A stretch of DNA of 64,000 nucleotides from an uncultured Gemmatimonadales bacterium (GTDB lineage: Bacteria; Gemmatimonadota; Gemmatimonadetes; Longimicrobiales; Longimicrobiaceae), in assembly GCA_963716255.1 (NCBI GenBank), contig OY970303.1, forward strand, positions 3,648,001-3,712,000. Reading direction: 5' to 3'. This document shows positions 17,826-26,534 of the stretch, one piece after another. The first letter of the stretch is position 1; the number at the start of each line of letters is the position of its first letter. The translations under genes were made by a program, and so were the position numbers. Below the pieces are notes generated by a model. It saw nothing but the letters and a program-made list of their open reading frames with translations. It was not told the origin of the DNA and did no database searches.

Positions 17826-19012
17826 CCGCCGATCTCCTCCCAGTCCAGGCGCACCAGGCGCGGGTTGGGACGGAGGCCGCGGCCGGTCTTGGCCTGCGGG
17901 GCGCCGTCCACCTCCACCACGTCCGCCGTGAAGTCGAAGCCGGTGAGGAGCCCGCCGGTGCCGGGGTTGTGGCCCAGCAGGCTGCTCCCCACCCCGTACG
18001 CCGCCACCGGGATGCCGGCCTCCTCGAAGGCGCGGATGCGCGCCGGGGTGAAGCCGCCGCTCACCACGATCCCCACGTACCCGAAGCCCTCCGCGTCCAG
18101 CGCCGCGCGCATCTTCCGCACGAGCCAGGCGTTGACGCCGGTGAGCCGCTCGCGCCCCCACAGCTCCGGGTCGCCGATGAGCGACTGGTCGATCAGGCGC
18201 TCGCTGGTGTCCACCCGCACCGACGAGAGCACCCCGTCGCCGAACGCGTCGCGCATGGCGCGGGCGACCCGCACCGCGTCCGTCACCGAGTCGTTGCGGT
18301 AGTCCACCAGGCTGGCGATGCTCACGTCCGGCTCGCAGTCGCGCACGTAGCGCGCGAAGGCCAGCGTGGCCGCCACCACGTCGCCGCCGAAGGCGGCGAT
18401 CATGGCGTGCGGCATGGTCCCGATCCCCCGCGTCCCCCACCACGCCCCGCCCGCGTCGCTGGACACGCTCCGCGCGCCGCCCACCTGCGCGGCGTAGCCG
18501 TCCGGCGTCTGCACGCGCCAGTCGTCGTGGCGCGGCGCCATGAAGATCACCGGCTTCCCCCCCGCGGCGTCGATGGCGGCGCGCACGTTGGTGGCCACCA
18601 GCGAGCGGCGCGCCAGCACTCCCAGCAGCGGCGTCTCCAGGTGCCCGAAGGCGCGGTACGGCCCGCGGACGTGCATCACCGGCTCCCAGGGCTCCACCCG
18701 GTCGCCCTCCAGCAGCGTGTCCACCTGGAGGTCGGTGTGCGAGTACCCCTCGGCCACCTGGGTCTGGAGGAGGCGCACGGCCTCGTACAGCCCTGCGGCG
18801 ATGCCGGTTTCCTTGGCGAACACCTGCACGGTGACGCGCGGGTCGCACCCGGCGTGGGCCAGCGTGTTGACGGTGCGCAGGAAGTAGCGGTCGGAGAGCC
18901 ACCCCTCGCGCATGCGCGCGTCGAACTGGAAGAGGGCGGGAGGGGAGCGCCGGAGCGTGGCGTGCAGCCGCGCCGCGCGGCCGGCGTCGTCGTCGGGCGG
19001 AGTCCGGGTCAT
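17822..19012 (-). CDS. pncB: Nicotinate phosphoribosyltransferase (QPRTase-like fold)
   Basis: SDRYF, GPYRAFGHLETPLLG, GTMPHAMIA, LVDYRND, VRVDTS, IVVSGGF, YGVGS. Confidence 0.85.
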   Translation of the reverse strand: MTRTPPDDDAGRAARLHATLRRSPPALFQFDARMREGWLSDRYFLRTVNTLAHAGCDPRVTVQVFAKETGIAAGLYEAVRLLQTQVAEGYSHTDLQVDTLLEGDRVEPWEPVMHVRGPYRAFGHLETPLLGVLARRSLVATNVRAAIDAAGGKPVIFMAPRHDDWRVQTPDGYAAQVGGARSVSSDAGGAWWGTRGIGTMPHAMIAAFGGDVVAATLAFARYVRDCEPDVSIASLVDYRNDSVTDAVRVARAMRDAFGDGVLSSVRVDTSERLIDQSLIGDPELWGRERLTGVNAWLVRKMRAALDAEGFGYVGIVVSGGFTPARIRAFEEAGIPVAAYGVGSSLLGHNPGTGGLLTGFDFTADVVEVDGAPQAKTGRGLRPNPRLVRLDWEEIGG

Positions 19013-19123
19013 GGGTGCCGGGTCTCGGGGGAGCGGGGTGACTGCCGGGGTAGGAACGTACGGGCGCCGGGCGCGGGCCACAATCGGCGGCCTTCAGGGC
19101 TCCGGCTCGCCGCGGGACATCGC

Positions 19124-19819
19124 CTACTCCCCCGCGATCGCCTCCCAGACGCGCTCCGTGTCCGCCAGGTCGGCGAACAGGTGGTCGGGGGCGCAGGCGG
19201 CGAGCTCGTCCTCGCCGTGGCCGCCGGTGGCGACGGCGATGGTGCGCACGCCCAGGTGCTCGCCGCACGCGATGTCGAACGGGGTGTCGCCCACGATGAC
19301 GATCTCCTTGCCGCGGTACCGGTGCCCGGTCAGCGCCTCGGCGCGGGACACCGCGACCGCGGGCAGCTCCGGGCGGTCGGCGTGGTCGGAGCCGTAGGCG
19401 CCCACGCGGAAGCGGCGGAAGCCCAGGCCCGCGCGCTCCAGCTTGAGGCGGGCTCCGTCCCGCACGTTGCCGGTGAGCAGCCCCAGCACCACGCCGTTGC
19501 CGGCGGCCTCCACCCGGTCCACCAGCGCGCGCACGCCGGGGAGGACCCGCACCTCCGCCGTGGCGATCTCCCGCTCGAAGTGGCGCAGGTACACCTCCCA
19601 GAGCGCGTCCATCCCCGCGTCGATGCGCCCGGCCTCCACGCCGTCCGCGGCGAGCAGCTCCCGGGCGATCTGCGGGTCCGTGCGCCCGGCGAAGGAGTAG
19701 CCGTCGATGGGCCCGGGGGTGCCGAAGGTCTCCACCAGGGCGTCGCGGAAGGCGCGCTTCCCCGATCCGCCGGCGGAAAGGAGGGTGCCGTCGATGTCGA
19801 ACAGGACCAGTCTGCGCAT
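19124..19819 (-). CDS. HAD-family hydrolase (phosphoglycolate phosphatase-like)
   Basis: LFDIDGTL, LLTGN, VGDTPFD motifs. Confidence 0.92.
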   Translation of the reverse strand: MRRLVLFDIDGTLLSAGGSGKRAFRDALVETFGTPGPIDGYSFAGRTDPQIARELLAADGVEAGRIDAGMDALWEVYLRHFEREIATAEVRVLPGVRALVDRVEAAGNGVVLGLLTGNVRDGARLKLERAGLGFRRFRVGAYGSDHADRPELPAVAVSRAEALTGHRYRGKEIVIVGDTPFDIACGEHLGVRTIAVATGGHGEDELAACAPDHLFADLADTERVWEAIAGE

Positions 19820-19943
19820 GTCGTCGTCGTCCCGGGGTGTGCCGCGCCCGGTGGGGCAGGGGAGCGGGCGGGGAAGCAAATCCCGCTCCGCTCCGCGGCG
19901 GCCGGCGGCGCGTGCATGGAAGCGGAATGTTGGGGGATGGACG

Positions 19944-19982
19944 AAAAGCGACGGCCCGCTCGCCTGGCGAGCGGGCCGTCGC
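19944..19982 (-). terminator. Intrinsic terminator after the PEP-CTERM gene
   Basis: Long perfect GC stem followed by TTTT on the minus strand. Confidence 0.8.
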
Positions 19983-19994
19983 TTCCGGGATGGA

Positions 19995-20813
19995 TCAGTG
20001 GTCGTCCCGCCTGCGCCGTCGCCTTGCCGCCGCGACCCCGGCGAGCCCCGTCCCCAGGAGCGCCATGCTCACCGGCTCGGGAACTGTGGTGTCCACGGCG
20101 GAGAAGCTGGCCGTGAAAGCAAGGTCTCCCTCGATGCCGTAATAGCTGGTGTATGGGAGGCCCTGGAGGTTCGGAAGGTCGAGGAAAATGTCCGGGGTCC
20201 CCGCCCCGTCGAGGTACCGCGATTCTCCGTACACCCAGTACCCGTCGGGGTAACCTCCGCCCGGGACCCACGGGTAGATGCCCCGCACTACGTTCGCCGC
20301 GACGCCCACCGTGCCGTTCTGGTGCAGCGACTTCGCCGGGGTCTCGACGGCGCTGAGCATCGCGAGGTACATCTGCGCCGGATCGAGGACGAGCCCTCCC
20401 GTGTCGAAGGCGTACTCGGTCCAGCCGCCGCCGTCGTCCGGGTTCGCGTAGCCGGACGGGTCGCTGGCCCCGGAGCGCGTGGCGCTGGACCAGATCGGCA
20501 GCCCGGTCGGGCGCAGGGCCGTGTGGTCCCAGGGCAGCACGTAGGCACGGAACTGCAAGTCCCCGGAATTGGGGAGTTTGCCGTTGGCGCTCAGAAAGAA
20601 CGAGAAGGTGTCGAGGATGGGCTTGCCGGCGGGCGCGACGAAGGTCTGCCCCGCGTTCGCGACGGTCCGATCGTCGCGCTGAACCTCCTCCACCAGCGGT
20701 CCGTAACTGAACGATCCGCCGAAGGCGCGCGTGTCGATGTCCTGCGCGGCCAGCGGGCCCGCGAGCGCAAGGGCGAGCGCGCCGGCGGCGGCGTGAAATG
20801 GCTGGAATCCCAT
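19995..20813 (-). CDS. PEP-CTERM sorting-domain protein
   Basis: Signal peptide (..PLAA-Q); C-terminal VPEPVSMALLGTGLAGVAAARRRRRR. Confidence 0.92.
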   Translation of the reverse strand: MGFQPFHAAAGALALALAGPLAAQDIDTRAFGGSFSYGPLVEEVQRDDRTVANAGQTFVAPAGKPILDTFSFFLSANGKLPNSGDLQFRAYVLPWDHTALRPTGLPIWSSATRSGASDPSGYANPDDGGGWTEYAFDTGGLVLDPAQMYLAMLSAVETPAKSLHQNGTVGVAANVVRGIYPWVPGGGYPDGYWVYGESRYLDGAGTPDIFLDLPNLQGLPYTSYYGIEGDLAFTASFSAVDTTVPEPVSMALLGTGLAGVAAARRRRRRDDH

Positions 20814-20890
20814 GATCGTTTTTCTGCGTAGCCGGGATTGGAGGCGGCGCGCGGGAGCGTGCGCGGAACCGGGCGGGTGCAAGGACTGGC

Positions 20891-20905
20891 GCAACAACGA
20901 TGCCG
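20891..20905 (-). promoter_or_regulatory. Sigma54 (-24/-12) promoter candidate for the PEP-CTERM gene
   Basis: Minus strand CGGCATCGTTGTTGC, i.e. GG-N10-GC, close to the TGGCAC-N5-TTGC consensus. Confidence 0.6.
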
Positions 20906-21076
20906 TGCCGGTGCGGCACGCCATGCCCACAAGGACATCCTTTTGCTTGCAAGGATTTAAAAGATGTCCCCTCCCGGTCGGAGGCGTGCGCGGCCGCGGA
21001 GATGGTCCGTTGTGTAGGAAGGGAGCAACATGCACCCGCTACAGGTGCCGCGGCGGCGTGCGGCCCCCGCCGCGGT

Positions 21077-21502
21077 TCAGTTCCGGGCGTCGCCCTCCCG
21101 CGGCCCCACGCTGACGGTCATGCGGAAGCCGGGGAAGGGGACCGGCTCGCCGTCGCGGGTGGCGGGGGTGAAGCGGGCGCCGAGCAGCGCCTCCTCCACG
21201 GCGCGCGCCAGCTCGGGGGACGCCGGTCCGGGGCGAGCGAGCTCCCGCGTGCTCCCGTCCGCATCCACCCCGATGGCGCGGACCACCACACCGGGCGTGG
21301 GGGGCGGCGGGTCCACGACCCTCGCGACGGTGGTGACCCCCCCGGCGTCGATGTCCAGGTCCACCAGGACGGCGCCGCGGGGGAACCCCGCCGTCGCGCT
21401 CTCCAGCCGGTCGGACACCTCGCGCGGGCCGGCGGGCCGGGGCACGGTGTCCACGCCGAACATCCGGCGGACCATCTCCCGGTCGAAGGGCTGGAACTTC
21501 AT
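21077..21502 (-). CDS. TonB C-terminal-like domain protein
   Basis: GAVLVDLDIDAGGV..ARVV ... LARAVEEALLGARFTPATRDGEPV. Confidence 0.6.
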   Translation of the reverse strand: MKFQPFDREMVRRMFGVDTVPRPAGPREVSDRLESATAGFPRGAVLVDLDIDAGGVTTVARVVDPPPPTPGVVVRAIGVDADGSTRELARPGPASPELARAVEEALLGARFTPATRDGEPVPFPGFRMTVSVGPREGDARN

Positions 21503-21543
21503 GGGGCTCCGTTCCGGTTCGGGGTGTGGGTGCGCGGGGCTGA

Positions 21544-22242
21544 TCAGTAGCGCCGCAGCTCGCCGGGGACGGGCTCGTCGCGGATCCTGAGCCACTCCTC
21601 CATCTGCTGCTCCAGGTACAGTGGCACGTCGGGGGAGTCCAGCCCGGACACGATCTTCCTCCGCTCGCCGTCGCTCATCACCGCCTTGAGGTGGTAGCTG
21701 TAGCTGGGGCCGTTCTTGCCGCGCGACACCTGCTCCTCGCAGTAGAGCTGGCGGAAGCGGCCGGTGTCCACGTCCAGCTTCCCCGGCCAGGGGAGCGGCC
21801 CGTGGCGGACGCTCAGGTACCCGCGGTCCAGCGTCACCGTGGTGGTGTTCACGAAGCCGGCGATCGTGTAGTAGGTCAGCGCGGCGCCCACGGTCACGTG
21901 GATGAGGGGGAACAGCTTGAAGACGAGCGGCGCGTCGCCGGCGATGGCCATGGTGTACCAGAACACCAGGAACCCGTCCCAGAACACGCAGAACAGGACC
22001 AGGAACAGGAACTTGGGCGAGAACCAGCGGTGCCGGAAGGTGACCCGGCCGCCCGCGGTCTCCTGCGCGACGGACCTGGGAGCCTTCATCCGCTCGCGGG
22101 GCCGCGCGCCGCCCACCGCCAGCACGGGGTCGTCGTCGAAGCGGAAGACGGCGTTGCAGGCGCGGCACTTGGCCAGCCCGTTGTCCAGGTTGACGTCGTC
22201 GGCGGCGATGGGGGACCGGCAGGACTTGCAGGTGAGGTACAT
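21544..22242 (-). CDS. Zinc-ribbon membrane protein (hypothetical)
   Basis: CKSC...CRAC N-terminus; two TM helices; PH-like C-terminal region. Confidence 0.8.
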   Translation of the reverse strand: MYLTCKSCRSPIAADDVNLDNGLAKCRACNAVFRFDDDPVLAVGGARPRERMKAPRSVAQETAGGRVTFRHRWFSPKFLFLVLFCVFWDGFLVFWYTMAIAGDAPLVFKLFPLIHVTVGAALTYYTIAGFVNTTTVTLDRGYLSVRHGPLPWPGKLDVDTGRFRQLYCEEQVSRGKNGPSYSYHLKAVMSDGERRKIVSGLDSPDVPLYLEQQMEEWLRIRDEPVPGELRRY

Positions 22243-22348
22243 GGGAGTCGGTGTGCGGAGGGTTGCTGCGGGGCGTCACGGGGGCAAGTTCATCGCGGGC
22301 GCGCGGGCACGCAAGGACCTCCGGCACGGGCGGACGCGGGCGGGGACG

Positions 22349-22642
22349 TCACCCGCCCCTGCGCGAGCCCACCGCGGCGCCGATGGCGGCGCCCAGCAGC
22401 GCCCCCGCGGCGAGGGACCCGAACACCGCGGCCTCGCGCCAGGCGGAGCCACCCGTCCACACGACCGGCGGGAGCAGCATCGCCCGGAGCGCGGCGGCCA
22501 TCCCCAGCGTGTGCCCCGCCACCCCGCCCCAGAAGGCGCCCCGCGCGGCGCCGCCACGCCGCCGCCGCCGGCCGCCCAGCCGCAGGAGCGCCGCGGGGGC
22601 GGCGAAGAGCCCCGCCAGGAGCGCGATCTGCGCCGCGGTCAC
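22349..22642 (-). CDS. Small membrane protein
   Basis: GTG start overlaps the stop of the upstream gene (GTGA); three hydrophobic segments. Confidence 0.6.
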   Translation of the reverse strand: MTAAQIALLAGLFAAPAALLRLGGRRRRRGGAARGAFWGGVAGHTLGMAAALRAMLLPPVVWTGGSAWREAAVFGSLAAGALLGAAIGAAVGSRRGG

Positions 22643-23193
22643 GGGCGGCTCTTTGGATAGAGCCAGAGCCAGTAGCCGCTGACCAGCGCGAGCACCAGCG
22701 CCACGGCCGCCGCGTCGCTCAGCAGCACCCATCCGTCGCCGAAGATCTCGCCGGAGTGGAGTTTTTCCAGGAACACGTCGCTGCGCGCGCCCACGTGCAC
22801 CACCCGCCCGCTCGCCAGGTCCACCGTCGCTTCCGTCACCTCGCGGTCGTCGAAGCGCACCTTGACCAGCCCGTCGCCGGGGCGCACGTCCATGCGGTCG
22901 ATCCCCGCCGCGGCGACCGCGGGCCCCACCGCCTCGCCGGCGCGCCGCGCCAGCTCGGGGAGCGGGCGCGCGGACTCGAACGCGCCGCTCGCCCGGTGCG
23001 GCGGATCGGGCATCAGCCCCAGCGGACGCTTGTGGTTGAGCAGGATTCCCGTGGCGCAGACGAGCAGCAGCACGCCCGTGGCCAGCACCCCCATCCACAG
23101 GTGCAGGTCGAACATGAGGCGGGCGAGGGCGCGGCTGCGCGCTCGCCGCGGCGCTCGGGCGGCGGGGGAGGTGTGCTCGCGCGTGGGGTGCAT
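22639..23193 (-). CDS. PepSY-associated TM helix domain protein
   Basis: LHLWMG..ATGILLNH ... LEKLHSG..SGYWLW. Confidence 0.8.
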   Translation of the reverse strand: MHPTREHTSPAARAPRRARSRALARLMFDLHLWMGVLATGVLLLVCATGILLNHKRPLGLMPDPPHRASGAFESARPLPELARRAGEAVGPAVAAAGIDRMDVRPGDGLVKVRFDDREVTEATVDLASGRVVHVGARSDVFLEKLHSGEIFGDGWVLLSDAAAVALVLALVSGYWLWLYPKSRP

Positions 23194-23282
23194 GGGCCGG
23201 GGGAGCGGGTGGGGAGCGGGGCGGCTTCCCCAACGGTGGCGCGGCGGGGCGAGCGGGGCAAGTGGAGGGTGGGGGGGCTCGC

Positions 23283-24047
23283 TCAGGCGGTGGCCGGCAG
23301 CGTCTTGAGCTCGCGCTCGGCGGTGGCGATCCACTCCTTCTCGGTGCGGCGGAAGGCGCGGGTGCCCAGCCGGGCGTCGCGCAGGATGGCCTCGAACGTG
23401 GCGCGCGCCTCGGCCTCGCGTCCCAGGCGCCGGAGGAGCAGGGCGTACCGGCAGCGCGCCTCCTCCCCGGCGGCCACCCGGGAAAGCATCTCGTACTCCG
23501 CCAGCGCGGCGGACGTTTCCCCCGCGTCCTCCAGCATGCGCGCGTTCAGCAGCCGCAGCGCGGGCGTGAGGTGCCCTGGGCGCTGCACCAGCGAGCGCAT
23601 GATCTCGCCGGCCTCGGCGAGCTCCCCGTTCTCGTACAGCACGGCGCACAGCTCGGCCAGCACCTGTGGGTCGTCGTGGTACAATCCCTGGAGGCACTCG
23701 CGGTAGGTGGCGATGGCCTCGGCGGGCATGCCGGCGCGGCGGTAGGCCCGGGCCAGCTCCACCCGGTTGGCGACGGTGCCGGCGTGGGCCACCCGGTCGC
23801 GGAGCTGCCGGACCTCGCGCATGGGGTCGATGCGCCGCCGCACGCCACTTCCCACGGCGCGCAGGTGCCGCCCGGCGCGCAGCTCCGGCCACACGCCCAC
23901 GAAGAAGTAGACCAGGCTTCCCACCAGGGGGAAGAAGACGATCAGCAGGATCCAGCCGGCGCGCCCGGTGCGAAACGCGTGGACCGCCAGGACCACCTGG
24001 AGGGCGATGGTGAGGGCGGGGAGGAGCCAGGTGAGGATGCTGAGCAT
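23283..24047 (-). CDS. Membrane-anchored TPR-like protein
   Basis: N-terminal HAFRTGR..WILLIVFFPLVGSLVYFF; TVANRVELA; EARCRYA helical repeats. Confidence 0.85.
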   Translation of the reverse strand: MLSILTWLLPALTIALQVVLAVHAFRTGRAGWILLIVFFPLVGSLVYFFVGVWPELRAGRHLRAVGSGVRRRIDPMREVRQLRDRVAHAGTVANRVELARAYRRAGMPAEAIATYRECLQGLYHDDPQVLAELCAVLYENGELAEAGEIMRSLVQRPGHLTPALRLLNARMLEDAGETSAALAEYEMLSRVAAGEEARCRYALLLRRLGREAEARATFEAILRDARLGTRAFRRTEKEWIATAERELKTLPATA

Positions 24048-24112
24048 GGGACCCGACGGGTGGACGGGTGGAGCGGGGGCGCGGCGGCGCCGTTGCTGGA
24101 ATCGCGGACCGG

Positions 24113-24583
24113 CTAGAGGGGGAGGTGCATTGCGGCCGCGCTCGCCGGGCAGGCGCCGCGCAGCTCCTCGGAGCCCGCCAGCTCCGCCGGCAGCCCGTCC
24201 CTCGCCACGGGCCGGAAGCCCAGGCGCGGGAAGAAGCCCTCCGCGGTGGTGGTGAGCAGGTACAGCTCCGCCAGCCCCTCCGCCCGGGCGAGCGCCACGG
24301 CGGCGTGGACCAGCTCCTGCCCCAGCCCGGTCCCCCGCCGGCCGGCGCGCACGGCGACGGAGCGCAGCAGCCCCACCCGCCCGTGCGTCTCCACCCCCGC
24401 GGTACCGGCGAGCGAGCCGTCCGCCGGGTCCCGCGCGACGAGGAAGCCCCGGGGAAAGGGGTCGGCGACCCCCGCGGCCGGGAGCCCGGCCGCGGCGAGG
24501 AGCGCGAGCACGTCGTGCAGGTCCTCCGCACGCGCGGCGACCACCGGCGGCGAGGTGTCGTCGGCCCCGCTCACTGCATGCAT
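24113..24583 (-). CDS. ArsN2-family GNAT N-acetyltransferase
   Basis: LLRSVAV..RGTGLG, LYLLTTTAEGFF, C-terminal CPASA..M. Confidence 0.85.
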   Translation of the reverse strand: MHAVSGADDTSPPVVAARAEDLHDVLALLAAAGLPAAGVADPFPRGFLVARDPADGSLAGTAGVETHGRVGLLRSVAVRAGRRGTGLGQELVHAAVALARAEGLAELYLLTTTAEGFFPRLGFRPVARDGLPAELAGSEELRGACPASAAAMHLPL

Positions 24584-24662
24584 GGGGGTTCCCGGGTGAG
24601 TGAGTTGTCCATCGCGAAGCCGCGGCAGGACCGCCTTTTTCTCGTGCGTCGTCAGACGCCGA

Positions 24663-24795
24663 GCTGGCGTCCGCGGGCCCCCACCCGGCGGCCTGAGAGC
24701 CGCCACCCTCCCCCAATTCTGGGGGAGGGCTTCCTGAGCTTCGGGATGGTCGTGCCGTGCTCCCCCTTGCGGGGGAGGGGCCAGCGGACGCCAGC
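24663..24795. repeat. Family-2 palindromic repeat mosaic (CCCTCCCC...GGGGAGGG type)
   Basis: Bounded by inverted GCTGGCGTCCGC/GCGGACGCCAGC; related segments at 32801-32830, 37371-37426, 62327-62376 and 62893-62943. Confidence 0.7.
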
Positions 24796-24851
24796 GAGAG
24801 CCCCGCGTGAGGGATTTCGGCCCGAAGGGGCGAGACCCGACAGCAGTATCG

Positions 24852-26415
24852 CTTGTCATACCCCAAATTTATCTAGGGAGGCTGCGAGGTCAGCGCCCTG
24901 CACCATGAGTTGCAGGGCCTGCATGCCTCTCCAGAGCGTGATCCAGCCGGGCATGTGGTCGACGCGCGTGCCCTGGTGCGAGCCCATGTGTCCGCCCAGA
25001 CGTCCGAGCGCGAGCGCCACATCGCGTACAGTCTTTAACTCGCGGCGTAGTCGCAACGCCAGGAGCATGCGTTCTCGCTCGGTGAGCCCAGAGTCCTCCG
25101 CGGGAGCGAACGGATCGATCCGTACCGCCTCCTTCAGGGTGAGAATGCGCGTCGCGACCACGCTCAGCAACGCGATGGCTGCGTAGAGCCGCTCGCTCGT
25201 CTCCAACTGCAAGTGCTCCGCTCCCAGCCCGCTCTTGAGCACCTTGTGATACTCCTCCACCAGCCAGCGCGCCGAGTACTGGCGGGCACACGCGGCGGCT
25301 TCGGCGGCCGAATGCACGGGCTGATCGCAGAGGAGAATCCACTCCAGGGGCTCCTTTACACTCGCAGGCGGATCCGCCTCCCAGACGCGCACCGCCGTGC
25401 AGCGCACGCCCGGCAAGCCGCCTGGACTCTTCCCCGGTCGTTGGGGCGAGCGCAGCGTCACCTGGCAGAACGCCACGCTCAGGACCGCTTCACGGGCGGG
25501 GTGCTGCGGACGCTCCCGCAGAGAGAGGGTGAATCCTCCCGCGGCAGGCTGGGCTCTCAGCTGCGTGAATAGCCTTGCTCCGCTTCCCGAACCAGTCTGC
25601 CACTGCGCCCACTCCAGGGCGCGATCCTGCGTGGCGCGCACCAGGAAGCCGTGCCCTGACTCCTGGCACAGCGTCAGGAACTCGTAGATGTCTGCCTCCC
25701 GGTCGCACACGCGAATCCAACGTGCGCCTGCCGGAGCCTCGCCCAGCCGCAGTGTGCTGTAGCTCCAGATCTCCGACTCCCGCTGTCGTGCTTTGGCAAC
25801 CTTGGAATCCCGCTCTGCCGTGCGCTGTCTCTCCTGAGGACGGACGTAGTACTGCTGGTCTGCAAGCCCGAGCACCAGCAGCGCAGGGCGCGATTTGCCC
25901 TCGGCCACAGCTCGCTCTGGCACCCACTCGATCGCCAGCACGGAGTGAACGAAGAAGCCTTGCAGCCCCTTCTTCCCCGACCCCAGGGGGCCCATGTCCG
26001 CACGCGGCGTCTTCCCACTCCAGCTGAACGCAGACGTATCCTCCGCCAGCAGGATCGTACGGCCCGGGGGCCCCGAGGTCATCGTCTCGCGCAGTCGGCT
26101 CCGGTGCCCCTCCTGCAGCGTATCCGGGGTGACCTGCGCATGGTCGAACAGCGCATAGGCCGCCTTGACGTCGTAGCGGCGGTCGAACAGAGCCGGAAGG
26201 CTGCTGCCCGGCGAATCCAGAAGGCGGCTTGCGATGAAAGTCGCTCGGTCCACCCGACGCACATCGCCCAGCGCAGCTCCTTCGAATTGCTCTTGGGCCC
26301 AACTCCTATTCTCTGCGCTCATCGTACACCTCCTGCCAGGGAGCTTCCCAAGCTACGGGCTGCCCTGCCAAGCGCAACGGTTTCAACCACCTGTAGAGAT
26401 TTGGGGTATGACTAG
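24852..26415 (-). mobile_element. Complete IS4-family (IS50/Tn5-like) insertion sequence, 1564 bp
   Basis: 19-bp terminal inverted repeats, 17/19 identical (24852-24870, 26397-26415); 11-bp direct target duplication CAGCAGTATCG (24841-24851, 26416-26426). Confidence 0.95.
24856..26322 (-). CDS. tnp: IS4-family transposase
   Basis: WAQEQF..LGDVRR, EDTS, VCDREADIYE, YSARWLVEEYHKVLKSG (YREK motif), LGRLGG..PGWITLWRG; stop lies inside the IR. Confidence 0.95.
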   Translation of the reverse strand: MSAENRSWAQEQFEGAALGDVRRVDRATFIASRLLDSPGSSLPALFDRRYDVKAAYALFDHAQVTPDTLQEGHRSRLRETMTSGPPGRTILLAEDTSAFSWSGKTPRADMGPLGSGKKGLQGFFVHSVLAIEWVPERAVAEGKSRPALLVLGLADQQYYVRPQERQRTAERDSKVAKARQRESEIWSYSTLRLGEAPAGARWIRVCDREADIYEFLTLCQESGHGFLVRATQDRALEWAQWQTGSGSGARLFTQLRAQPAAGGFTLSLRERPQHPAREAVLSVAFCQVTLRSPQRPGKSPGGLPGVRCTAVRVWEADPPASVKEPLEWILLCDQPVHSAAEAAACARQYSARWLVEEYHKVLKSGLGAEHLQLETSERLYAAIALLSVVATRILTLKEAVRIDPFAPAEDSGLTERERMLLALRLRRELKTVRDVALALGRLGGHMGSHQGTRVDHMPGWITLWRGMQALQLMVQGADLAASLDKFGV

Positions 26416-26534
26416 CAGCAGTATCGTCGGGGCTCGACTCCGTTACGCACGGTTGTTTCGTGCGTTACGGAGCCGAAGCCCGACCCCGGCGCCAGCCGGG
26501 GACACGCCCGAAACCAGCCGTCCAATCCCTTCCA

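Larger units (their letters stand above)
24805..26509 (+). repeat. ~130-bp structured repeat (family 1), copy 1, interrupted by IS4
   Basis: 24805-24851 joined to 26427-26509 reconstitutes a full copy GCGTGAGGGATTTCGG...CACGCCC. Confidence 0.92.
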
